From the NCBI GenBank assembly GCA_041690135.1, contig JAWLHY010000003.1:640001-704000 (forward strand): DNA of 64,000 nucleotides. The letters are read 5' to 3'. Shown here in pieces: positions 1-8,646 of the stretch (position 1 is its first letter; the number at the start of each line of letters is the position of its first letter). Source of the stretch: Armatimonadota bacterium (lineage in GTDB: Bacteria; Armatimonadota; SYMT01). Both the position numbers and the translations under genes were made by a program. The notes under the pieces are model-generated. The model was not told the DNA's origin. It did not search any database and saw nothing but the letters and a program-made list of their open reading frames with translations.

Positions 1-606
1 CCAGGCGCGGGCCACCACGATGCGGCCCAGTTTGCCCGCCCGGATGTACGCCAGTGCGTCCGTGAACTCCCGCGTGCTGCGCTGCCAGGTGCCGACCTGG
101 ACGATCCGCTTGAACTTGCGGACGGCGGCGTCCATCGCCCTGGCTTCAACGATGTCGTGTGAGATCGGCTTCTCGCAGTAGGCATCTTTCCCCGCCTCGG
201 CGGCGTAGATGAGCGGCAGGGCGTGCCAGTGGTCCGGCGTGCTGATCACCACCGCGTCGATGTCTTTTCGCTCCAGCAGCTTGCGGAAGTCCTTGTACAC
301 CTCCGGCTTGCGGCCGTACTTCTTCTCGACCGCCGCGAGATCTTTCGGGATGCGGCCCTCGTCCACATCGCAGAGTGCCGCCACCTCGACTTCCGGCTTG
401 TTCATGAGCTGGTGCATGTTGTAGCTGCCCATCCCGTGGCAGCCGATGATGCCCAGCACCAGCTTGTCGTTGGCCCCCACCCGGTTCTGGGCGGCGGATG
501 CAGTCCGGGTCGAAAGCACGCCCGAGGCGACGCCCAGGCCCAGGGCGGCGGTACTACCCGCCTTGCCGAGGAGCTCCCGGCGGGACAGGTTAGAACACTC
601 TTTCAT
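1..606 (-). CDS. Tat-exported Gfo/Idh/MocA family oxidoreductase (partial, runs off left edge)
   Basis: Manual translation from ATG at 606: MKECSNLSRRELLGKAG (twin-Arg signal), LGIIGCHGMG (Rossmann), ISTPDHWHA, AYCEKP, VQVGTWQRS. Confidence 0.9.
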   Translation of the reverse strand, partial: MKECSNLSRRELLGKAGSTAALGLGVASGVLSTRTASAAQNRVGANDKLVLGIIGCHGMGSYNMHQLMNKPEVEVAALCDVDEGRIPKDLAAVEKKYGRKPEVYKDFRKLLERKDIDAVVISTPDHWHALPLIYAAEAGKDAYCEKPISHDIVEARAMDAAVRKFKRIVQVGTWQRSTREFTDALAYIRAGKLGRIVVARAW

Positions 607-671
607 TTCACGCTCCTCTCTTGCGGCACCCGGTTCTCTGGTACACTAGAGACGGTGGAAGGAGACATCCG

Positions 672-896
672 ATGAGTCGTACGCTCGAACAGTTGGTAGT
701 CGATGACCTGAGCATTCCAGAACGCCTGGAACTGATCGGGATCCTCTGGGACAGCATCACCGATAACCCCCCTCATCCACCCGTGCCCGATTCGCACCTG
801 GCAGAGATTCAGAGACGGCGAGCCGCCGCCAATGCGGACCCGCAGGGTTCCATCCCCTGGGATGAAGTCCGGGCACGGCTTCGGGGACGAGGATGA
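672..896 (+). CDS. addiction-module antitoxin component
   Basis: MSRTLEQLVVDDLSIPERLELIGILWDSI...EIQRRRAA...IPWDEVRARL fits the small addiction-module family; GGAG RBS; ATGA overlap with the downstream toxin. Confidence 0.8.
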   Translation: MSRTLEQLVVDDLSIPERLELIGILWDSITDNPPHPPVPDSHLAEIQRRRAAANADPQGSIPWDEVRARLRGRG

Positions 897-1189
897 ATCT
901 TCCCCTCTTCTTGCGCCCCGAAGCCGAAGAGGATGTGATTTCGGCACAGGATTGATACGAGCGACAGCGATCGTCCCTGGGAGATGGTTTCGTCCAAGAA
1001 CTGGCGAATACCTTTGACCGAATCATCCAGATGCCGGAGATGTACGCGGTCGCGTGGGAAGACGTGCGCTCTTGCCGTCTCCGGCGGTTCCCCTATATTA
1101 CCTATTACCGCATCCTCGACGATCGTATCGAGGTGCTCGCGGTACTCCGCGCAAACCGAGATCCCGCCACGCCCCGCAGTCGGGGCTGA
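893..1189 (+). pseudogene. ParE/RelE-family toxin with in-frame TGA at 953-955
   Basis: Reads MNLPLFLRPEAEEDVISAQD*YERQRSSLGDGF...RLRRFPYITYYRILDDRIEVLAVLRANRDP; the stop occupies the usually conserved W of the 'WYE' motif. Confidence 0.8.
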
Positions 1190-1250
1190 TCCGTGCCCGA
1201 GCTTGTAGGTCTTTCCTCCAAGTTATAGTCACGCTCCTGGCTTGACGAGC

Positions 1251-1281
1251 AAAAAAGGCCGCACCCGTGGGGGGTGCGGCC
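1251..1281 (-). terminator. intrinsic terminator of the DUF1559 gene
   Basis: Stem GGCCGCACCC/GGGTGCGGCC with A6 on its left (U6 on the minus strand). Confidence 0.7.
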
Positions 1282-1349
1282 ATTCAGGAACACTTCTCAC
1301 ACTGGCTTGGGTCGAGGCGTAGCCGGTACCGGCCCCGCCTCCGAGGAGG

Positions 1350-2069
1350 TTACTCCACGCTCCAGGGGCTGCCGTCCTGGCCGCCGCCGAAGGGGGTGCG
1401 GAAGGGAACACTCTGGTCTTCCGCCACGGCGCCGGGCTTTAGCCACTTTACGTGCCCGTCCGCGAAGAGGAAGTTGGCGCCGTCCGAGTGGCGGATGCTG
1501 GCACGCGGCTGGGCAGCCTGGTAGTTGTAGGCCGTGGTATCGGACTGGAACGAGAGGCTGGCCCTGCCGTTCTCCATCTCGGCCAGCACAATGGTGGAAG
1601 CCGTCTGGTCGATCATCGCCTCGGGGCGACGCGAGATGGGGCTGGGAGCGGCCGGGTCCCAGTGGATCTCGTTGAACCCGTAACCGCAGAGACCGTCCCA
1701 CTCGCCCGTGGTGAAAGGACCCGCCGTCGGATCCCAAAGCGCCCCGGCCACACGGTGGCTCGGGCACTGGAAGATGCCGGCGTTCTTCACGTAGGGATGT
1801 ACGGCGATGCGCCAGGTGTAAGAGTTGGCGACCGTACCGGACACGCCGTACCACGACCCTGGGTACTGCTCATCGTAGTCCTGGGTGTACATCTGGATGG
1901 CCGTCCCGAGCTGCTTCATGTTGGAGCGGCAGCTCGAGGCCCGGGCGGCTTCTCTGGCACGGGCGAACACCGGGAAAAGGATAGCGGCCAAAATCGCAAT
2001 GATGGCTATGACGACTAGCAGTTCGATCAGGGTGAAACCCCGGCGCTTCCCGGAACGAATACCAAGCAT
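1350..2069 (-). CDS. prepilin-type N-terminal cleavage/methylation protein, DUF1559 / H-X9-DG family
   Basis: [30 protein letters not shown]...C.SN.KQLG; C-terminal [16 protein letters not shown]. Confidence 0.92.
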   Translation of the reverse strand: MLGIRSGKRRGFTLIELLVVIAIIAILAAILFPVFARAREAARASSCRSNMKQLGTAIQMYTQDYDEQYPGSWYGVSGTVANSYTWRIAVHPYVKNAGIFQCPSHRVAGALWDPTAGPFTTGEWDGLCGYGFNEIHWDPAAPSPISRRPEAMIDQTASTIVLAEMENGRASLSFQSDTTAYNYQAAQPRASIRHSDGANFLFADGHVKWLKPGAVAEDQSVPFRTPFGGGQDGSPWSVE

Positions 2070-2223
2070 TCAGCAAACCTTTCTATCGACGAGCCGGCGC
2101 GCGGCCCGTAAACTGCAACACGACCGTTGGACGCGCGGAGACTAAAGAAAGTTACGCTGATTCTTAGGAACTTCTAAGTGGTGCATTCAGACACGAGATG
2201 AAAACTAAGGGATTGGCCCAAAG

Positions 2224-3135
2224 TCACTTCTCGGACCGGAGTCGCAGATGCCTGGAGAAGAACTCCCGGATTTGGGTTCGCGCAGCCGGAGTGTTAAAGG
2301 CGGGACCGCCATGGCCCGCCCCAGGGAGCACCTGGAGCGAGCTCTCCACGCCGGCCCGCTGCAGAGCTTCGTGTAGCTTTACACTCTGTTCCAGCGGGAC
2401 CTGGGGGTCCGCATCACCATGCATGATGAGGAACGGCGCGTCTCCTTTCGAAACCTGGTGATACGCGCTTGCCTGTTTCGCTTTTTCCGGCAGGTCCCGG
2501 ACGGTGCCGCCGAGAAGCTGGGCCCCGTTAGTCCGGGCGAGCTGCTCGGTGGTCTTGCCCGGAGAGAGGACGTTGTTCGGCATCGTCAGGAGATCGCTGG
2601 GGCCGTACCAGTCACACACCGCCTGCACGCGCTCCACGGGTTCCGGGCACGGGAGCGTTCCCATCAGTGCCGCCAGGTGCCCGCCGGCGGAGCCGCCCCA
2701 CGCCCCCACCCGCTCCGGCGCGAGGTGATACCGGTGCGCGTTCCGGCGGAGCCAGCCGACGGCGGCGCGGCAGTCCTCGATCTGCGCGGGCCATCGCCCC
2801 TCCTGGCTGAGGCGATAGTTGATGCTGGCCACCGCGAAGCCTTCCCCGGTGAGCCAGCGCGCCGGGCAGTTCCGCTTGCTGCCCTGGTTCCAGCCGCCCC
2901 CGTGCACCCACACCACCACCGGATAACGCTGTTCCGGCGTCCCCTCGGGGAGGTAAAGGTCCAGCAGCAGCGGCTTCCCGTCCGGCGGGGCATACTCCAG
3001 GTCCCGGTGTACCGTCCCCTCCACCACGGCGTTCTGCGCCTGCCCCATAATGGGCAGAATCCCCACCGCCGTCGACAGCAACAAACCGGTGCACATCTGG
3101 CGCAGCACCCGGCGGCGATTCCTGTTCCGAAACAT
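2224..3135 (-). CDS. secreted alpha/beta hydrolase (esterase/lipase, BD-FAE-like); start uncertain
   Basis: HGGGW oxyanion motif, GGSAGG nucleophile elbow, HGDADPQV and GAGHG catalytic D/H. Confidence 0.88.
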   Translation of the reverse strand: MFRNRNRRRVLRQMCTGLLLSTAVGILPIMGQAQNAVVEGTVHRDLEYAPPDGKPLLLDLYLPEGTPEQRYPVVVWVHGGGWNQGSKRNCPARWLTGEGFAVASINYRLSQEGRWPAQIEDCRAAVGWLRRNAHRYHLAPERVGAWGGSAGGHLAALMGTLPCPEPVERVQAVCDWYGPSDLLTMPNNVLSPGKTTEQLARTNGAQLLGGTVRDLPEKAKQASAYHQVSKGDAPFLIMHGDADPQVPLEQSVKLHEALQRAGVESSLQVLPGAGHGGPAFNTPAARTQIREFFSRHLRLRSEK

Positions 3136-3261
3136 TGAAGTACTCCTTTTGAACGTACCAGACCTGAAACCCACGTCGTGCTGTCGTGTAGCTCTCGCAG
3201 CCGCTCAGTCACGGCACTGCGGTGCCGAGCCACCCGTCAATTTCGCGGCTTCGAGCGCAGG

Positions 3262-4024
3262 TTGGCGAGAGGAGCAGCAGAACCCCGGCAGATGAGGCGG
3301 TGCCCAGTCATGAGGCTTGACGGAGTCTCGCTGTGAGGCGGGCCTTCGCGACCCTAGGTACGGGTACCCGTCGTCGTTCACCGTGGCACCCGCTGGCGCC
3401 CGGGCGTCCACCATTTCTCCCTCACGACATCCGGAGCCTTCGTGACGATTGTTACCGGTGCACGTAACCGCCCACCGCAGCTCTCCGGTACCTGGGCGCA
3501 CGCCGCTCTTCATCACGGGATCCGGAATCCACGCTCGCGAAGGCCCGCCTTCCAGCGGGACTCCGGGCATGACGCATGCTTACTACGGTTCATCCAGCGC
3601 TGGCCTCGCCCCCTGCATCTGGAGTCGCCGGACACTCCCGCATACTTCCAGGCGCGGCAAGGGGGTCCTGAAGCCTCTGTCAGTCCTTGAGATTTCGGGT
3701 CCGGCTTGGCGAGAGGAGCAGCAGAACCTCGGCTTGGTAATCGGTGACCAGTCATGGTGCTTGACGGAGTCCCGCTGCGAGGCGGGCCTTCGCGACGAGT
3801 ATTTGCGGGTGCCTGTTTCTGTCCACCGTGTCACCCGCTGGTGTTTGGCGCGCCATTCTTCATCACGAGCTGTGGGGCCTTCGCTACTTCTGGCACAGGC
3901 TGCCCTGGCTCTCTCCAGTACCAGAGCGTGCACCGCTCTCCATCACAGGGTCCGGAGCCCATACCCGCGAAGGCCCGCCTCGCAGCGGGACTCCGGGCAT
4001 GACCCGCGCGTAATACGGTTCATC
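3262..4024. repeat. tandem composite REPIN/MITE-like element, 2 units (family A)
   Basis: 31-bp inverted-repeat pairs CGGAGTCCCGCTGCGAGGCGGGCCTTCGCGA at 3321-3351/3535-3565 and 3765-3795/3965-3995; unit period 444 bp; same family inverted at 52.9-53.6 kb. Confidence 0.85.
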
Positions 4025-4078
4025 CCCTACCGGATCAGTTCCACTCGTGACGGCCCGGTACAATACTCCTCTGCACTG

Positions 4079-6589
4079 TCAGAAGACCCCCAGGTACCGG
4101 CCCATCCAGTAGGGCAGCAGGTAGTCGATGCCGGGGCTGATGAGCTCCGGGCTCCCCGGATCCAGCTCCACTTCACTCCCGGATCCTTCCGAGGTCAGGT
4201 CCAGCCACAGGCCGGTCGTGAACGGGTCCCGCTGCCAGAGGAAATCACTGCGCCGGCCGGGCCGCTTGTCCACCGGCAGGGCCTCCAGCGCCACTGCCAT
4301 GGTCTTTCCGGTCCGCGCCTCCAGGCTCTCGTCGCCCACCTTGGGGAAGAGCGGATCGTACGGCGCCACCCGGTCCGGAAAGAGGCGGAGGAGGTAGCCG
4401 GGGTCCGGGGTGGCCTGGTTCGGGTGTCGGAATCTCCCTTCATCCGATGCGCGGACCAGCCACTCGTGCATGATCGCGCGGATCTCGTCCCGGAGAGGCA
4501 AACGGGGATCGCAGCCCCGGCTTTGGTCCGCCAGGATCCTGGCGCGATCCTCCGGCGGCTCGACCAATACCCGGAGCAGGTCGAAGTAAGCGTTCCGGTG
4601 GTGCCGGGTCGTCCGCCGCAGCATGGCATAGCAGTCCCGGAGCGCCTGTGCCGCCGGTCGGTCGCGGCCCCCGAGTCGCGTGTCGGGGGGCTCTACCCCT
4701 TCCAGAAACAGGAGCATCCCCAGTTGCGCGTGGAGCAGGTTGAACTTGTAGTATTTCCCGATCGGATCGAGACAGGCGGCCCACATCTCCGGCCAGAAAG
4801 CCGGGTAAGCACGCTCCATTTCCTGGTAGGCGGCGCTGAACTCCTCCGGCGAGACCATGCGACCGACCCGGAGGAACATGAGCCTGCCGAAGAAGTCGTT
4901 CAGGAAGTGGACCTTGATATCCCCGTTGGGAGGGGTGGGGACCGTCCAGCGGTTCCGGATCAGGTACAACAGGGCGGCACGAATCTGTCTCCCGGCATCC
5001 TCCCGCAGCGCTTCCGCCTGGGGTCCGGGCGGCTCTCCATCGGCGGTAGGCCGCCCGAGGAAGTGATAAGCGTAACCCAGGCCCAACATCACCCCAGTGT
5101 ACTGGTCCCGGCTGGGCGCGTGTTCGGCAGCCCCGTAACCATACCATTCTTCCCCGTCGATCCGCACCGGGCCATAATAGCGCTGCCGGGTCTGTTCCGG
5201 TGGGTCGTTCAGCGGGGGATCGGTCTGGATGGAGGATTGGGCCGGAAGAGCGCTGCGCGCCAGGAGACCTTCCCGTCCGGTGACGGCGAAGAGATTGCGG
5301 AGGCCCCGCAGCGACCTCTCGATCCGGAAAAGCGCGGCGCCCCGGTCTTCGCGGTGGGTGCTGTGGTAGCGGAACGCCTCTGCGGCCAGGTAGTGGCCGG
5401 TCCAGAGGGCGGAATCGATATATCCCCCATAACTTTCCCCGGCCCGGGGTGGGGACGGGGCCGCCACTTCTGGCCGGCACGCAAGAGTCGTCGACCGGCG
5501 GATGTCGAACACCGCGCCATAGGGCATATGCCGAACGATGGACCGCTCGAGCCGCGCGGCCGCCCCGGCAAAATCGATCGTGGGGGGAGCGGGGGTGAGG
5601 GTCACCGTCTCGCGCCCCCAGCGCTGGGGGAGATCGTCGGCGTGGCCGGTCAGGAGGTCGGTCAGCAGTTGGGGGAGAGCTTCCAGATCGGCGATCTGTT
5701 CGTCGATCGGCACCGTCACCGGAACGCGAAAGAATAGCACCCGGACGGACGTCTTCACTCTACCCCGGAGGTAGAGACCTGCGTGCTTCCCGCGCTCCAC
5801 TTCCAGATGCAGCCGGGCGCGGCTGTGGATCGGTTTGCCGTTCGGCTGCCGCACGGTTCCGGAGTACTCCTGGGCTTCGATCTGGCTGACCGTCACCTCC
5901 TGGGAGGCTCCCTGGATAGGATAGGTGCCGGTGGCATACTCCCCATTAGGAAAGAAGAGGTTGGCCGTGACATCATCGTCGAACGGCTGGTCAAAATCGA
6001 GATGGAGGGTGGCGGTGCCGCGGGGGAACCGCGGGGCCAACTCTGGAACTTCGGGGTGCGCCGCGGTCGGCCGGACCTCCGCATCCACCAACGCGCGGAA
6101 GGCGATCTGGACCGACACGGGGATCTTGATCTTGATCTGCGTGGAACCGATCCCCAGGCCGATCCTGTGCCAGGTCTCCAGCCGTCCGGCGAGCTTCACC
6201 CGCCAGCCTGCCGGATCCACGGGTAGCCCCAGGCGAAAGCGGCTGGAATCCAGGGCCAGGTACCCCGGGGCTGCGGAGAGGTCGACCTCCTCGGCCCGGA
6301 GCCGCGGAACCCGTACCTCACCGGTCGTCCGCCGCCCTTCCTCGATCCGCTGCCGGAGTTGTCGCTCCAGCGTCTTTCGGAACGCCCCCCACGGCTCCGC
6401 CAGTCGCGCGTTGACGGGTTGCAGCGCCTCCGGAGTGTTCCTGCTCTCGCCCCACGGCCGGACCAGTGCCGCCCTTGCGCCCGGCGAGGACTCCGCGGGT
6501 GCCGGCCGCGCCCGGGATGCGTCCGCAGCCAGTACGGTCCAGGCGCTCAACAACGCGACCCCACACCCGCGCCACCTTCTGCCGCTCAA
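4079..6589 (-). CDS. large secreted hypothetical protein (C-terminal domain with DSALWTGHYLAAEAFRY / SRDQYTG motifs)
   Basis: 836-aa ORF, signal-peptide-like N-terminus, helical C-terminal half ending DYLLPYWMGRY. Confidence 0.7.
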   Translation of the reverse strand: MSGRRWRGCGVALLSAWTVLAADASRARPAPAESSPGARAALVRPWGESRNTPEALQPVNARLAEPWGAFRKTLERQLRQRIEEGRRTTGEVRVPRLRAEEVDLSAAPGYLALDSSRFRLGLPVDPAGWRVKLAGRLETWHRIGLGIGSTQIKIKIPVSVQIAFRALVDAEVRPTAAHPEVPELAPRFPRGTATLHLDFDQPFDDDVTANLFFPNGEYATGTYPIQGASQEVTVSQIEAQEYSGTVRQPNGKPIHSRARLHLEVERGKHAGLYLRGRVKTSVRVLFFRVPVTVPIDEQIADLEALPQLLTDLLTGHADDLPQRWGRETVTLTPAPPTIDFAGAAARLERSIVRHMPYGAVFDIRRSTTLACRPEVAAPSPPRAGESYGGYIDSALWTGHYLAAEAFRYHSTHREDRGAALFRIERSLRGLRNLFAVTGREGLLARSALPAQSSIQTDPPLNDPPEQTRQRYYGPVRIDGEEWYGYGAAEHAPSRDQYTGVMLGLGYAYHFLGRPTADGEPPGPQAEALREDAGRQIRAALLYLIRNRWTVPTPPNGDIKVHFLNDFFGRLMFLRVGRMVSPEEFSAAYQEMERAYPAFWPEMWAACLDPIGKYYKFNLLHAQLGMLLFLEGVEPPDTRLGGRDRPAAQALRDCYAMLRRTTRHHRNAYFDLLRVLVEPPEDRARILADQSRGCDPRLPLRDEIRAIMHEWLVRASDEGRFRHPNQATPDPGYLLRLFPDRVAPYDPLFPKVGDESLEARTGKTMAVALEALPVDKRPGRRSDFLWQRDPFTTGLWLDLTSEGSGSEVELDPGSPELISPGIDYLLPYWMGRYLGVF

Positions 6590-6727
6590 TCGTCCCCAGC
6601 CTTCCCTTACGTACTGCCTGCGTGCCGGTTCCGGGCCTGGTAAACCCTGCTTCCATCTTACCCAACAGGCGAGGAAGGCCGTCGTAGCAAGCGCACGAAG
6701 ATTCTTGGACTGGGGATGATCTTTCGC

Positions 6728-8152
6728 TTACCTTCGCCGCTGCGGTACCTTCCAGTTCGGGTTGGGCACGTGAGCTTCGTCCATCAGCCGTGCCATCCGC
6801 TTCGCAACGTCCGGGTACTCCGCGGAGAGGTCCTTCAGCTCCTTGGCGTCCGCGGTGACGTCGTAGATCTCGACGGGGCCGCTCAGCATCGGCTGGCGCA
6901 CGGCCTTCCACTTGCCCACGCGCACCGCCTGCCGGCTTCCCTGCTCGTAGAACTCCCAGTACAGGTAGGGGTGCTGCTTCTGCCGCTCCTTCTGTCCCAG
7001 GAGGGTGGGAAGGTAGCTGACCGAGTCGAGCTTCTCCGGCACCGGGGTCCCGGTTACCTCGCCGACCGTGGCCATCAGGTCCCCATGGTAGCTGATGTGA
7101 TCGGACTCGGTCCCCGGCTTCACTTTGCCGGGCCAGCGGACGATCATCGGCACCCGGATGCCGCCGTCGTACAGGTCGCGCTTCGTACCCCGGACGGTCC
7201 CGCTGGAGCTGAAGAAGTTGGGGTCGTTGCCGGACTCCTTGTGCGGCCCGTTATCCGAAGTGAAGATCACGAGGGTGTTATCCCGCAGACCCTGCTTGTC
7301 GAGTTCCGTGAGCACCTTGCCTACCTGCGTGTCGAGGTAGGTGATCATCGCCGCATGCCCCTTGTTCTGCTCGGTCCAGGGCCGATCTTTGTAGATCCCC
7401 AGGTCCGGGACTTCGGCGCCGTTCTTGATCGCCCGGTTCGCCTCGTTGTTGGCGTGGGGCAGGGTCCAGGAAAGGTAGAGGAAGAAGGGCCGGTTCTTAT
7501 TCTCCTGGATGAAGCGCAGGGAGTGGTCCTGGATCGGATCCGCGGAGTACACCCGTTTCACGCTCGCCGTGCCGCTGCCGTTGGGGCGGAAGTCGCCTTC
7601 GTTCGGCAGATCCACCTTCGCCTCGTTCTTGAAGAGGAACGGCGGGTAATAGTTGTGGGCGTGGCTCTGGTTGAAGTAGCCGAAGAAGAAATCGAAGCCC
7701 TGGCGGTTCGGCAGGCCCATCTCCGCGCCGGGGGTGTTATCGCCCAGGCCCCACTTGCCGGTAAGGCCGGTGGTATAGCCGGCCTTCTTCAGCACCTCGG
7801 CCACGGTGACGTCCTCGTCCCGCAGCGCCTGCGCGGCCCCCGCGCCGTTGCCGCGGACCCACGTGTGGCCCATGTGCTGCCCGGTCATCAGCACGCTCCG
7901 CGAAGGGGCGCACACGGTGTTGCCTGCATAGTACTGGGTGAAGCGCATCCCCTCTTTCGCCAGGCGGTCGATGTTCGGGGTCTGGATCTGCTTCTGCCCG
8001 TAGCAGCCGAGTTCCCCGTAGCCGAGGTCGTCCGCCATAATGAAGACGATGTTCGGCTTGGAAGCCGGCGCGGCCCCTCCCGGCCGCACCGCCGCGACAC
8101 AGTTAAGGGAAAGCACGGAAAGCAAAGGGACGAGTGGTTTGAGGTTTTTCAT
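6728..8152 (-). CDS. arylsulfatase (formylglycine-dependent, family S1)
   Basis: PNIVFIMADDLGY, CAPSR, GKWGLG, FTSDNG; signal peptide. Confidence 0.95.
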   Translation of the reverse strand: MKNLKPLVPLLSVLSLNCVAAVRPGGAAPASKPNIVFIMADDLGYGELGCYGQKQIQTPNIDRLAKEGMRFTQYYAGNTVCAPSRSVLMTGQHMGHTWVRGNGAGAAQALRDEDVTVAEVLKKAGYTTGLTGKWGLGDNTPGAEMGLPNRQGFDFFFGYFNQSHAHNYYPPFLFKNEAKVDLPNEGDFRPNGSGTASVKRVYSADPIQDHSLRFIQENKNRPFFLYLSWTLPHANNEANRAIKNGAEVPDLGIYKDRPWTEQNKGHAAMITYLDTQVGKVLTELDKQGLRDNTLVIFTSDNGPHKESGNDPNFFSSSGTVRGTKRDLYDGGIRVPMIVRWPGKVKPGTESDHISYHGDLMATVGEVTGTPVPEKLDSVSYLPTLLGQKERQKQHPYLYWEFYEQGSRQAVRVGKWKAVRQPMLSGPVEIYDVTADAKELKDLSAEYPDVAKRMARLMDEAHVPNPNWKVPQRRR

Positions 8153-8431
8153 GACAAGGGATCTCCGGGACAGCGGAAGTGGTGCGGAGCAAAAAACTCT
8201 CGCTTTAATGTACAGCGCAGCGAAAAAGAAGGTTCATGCGTGCGGTTTAGGGCAGAGCCGTTCCTGCAAGCCTCTAAAGGCGGCACCCGTAGGGAACGTT
8301 TCGCCGCAGCGTTCCGACGGATTGGACGCGATCTCGTCGTGCAAAATGGGCTCATTGGCGGTGAGGATCGGTTCCGCTTGGCCGAACTGGATCGATCTCG
8401 GAAAATGCGGAATGGAACGGCGTCACATTCC

Positions 8432-8569
8432 CTACCGACCGGCTCCTCCAGACGGCTCGGGACCCGAACCGCAGCCCTGCCATTCTCGTCGCGCCACCGG
8501 ACCGAGATACCGATGGACCTCGATCGCGGCGGCAATGACCTGTTTTGATAGATCCTCGTTGATCAGCAT
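8432..8569 (-). pseudogene. truncated GxxExxY-family gene remnant
   Basis: Manual translation MLINEDLSKQVIAAAIEVHRYLGP then diverges and stops at codon 46; the GxxExxY motif itself is lost. Confidence 0.7.
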
Positions 8570-8599
8570 GGCCTTCTTTCTTCCTTCCCTCTTCTTCCT

Positions 8600-8627
8600 C
8601 TCCGTGCGCTCCGTGTGCTCCGTGGTG
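8600..8627. repeat. 9-bp-period short repeat (CTCCGTGnn x3)
   Basis: ctccgtgcg ctccgtgtg ctccgtggt; related arrays at 28870-28906 and 60788-60910. Confidence 0.7.
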
Positions 8628-8646
8628 ACTTCCTATTTCCGACCAA

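Noticed and set aside
953-955. UGA in parE as selenocysteine or as evidence of genetic code 4/25
   Set aside because: The position is a conserved Trp, not Cys; there is no SECIS; many genes in the window end in TGA
3449-5737. Long antisense or overlapping ORFs (also 13205-16300, 33992-36451, 36054-38762, 45685-49188)
   Set aside because: Shadows of real genes on the opposite strand in high-GC DNA; no recognisable motifs
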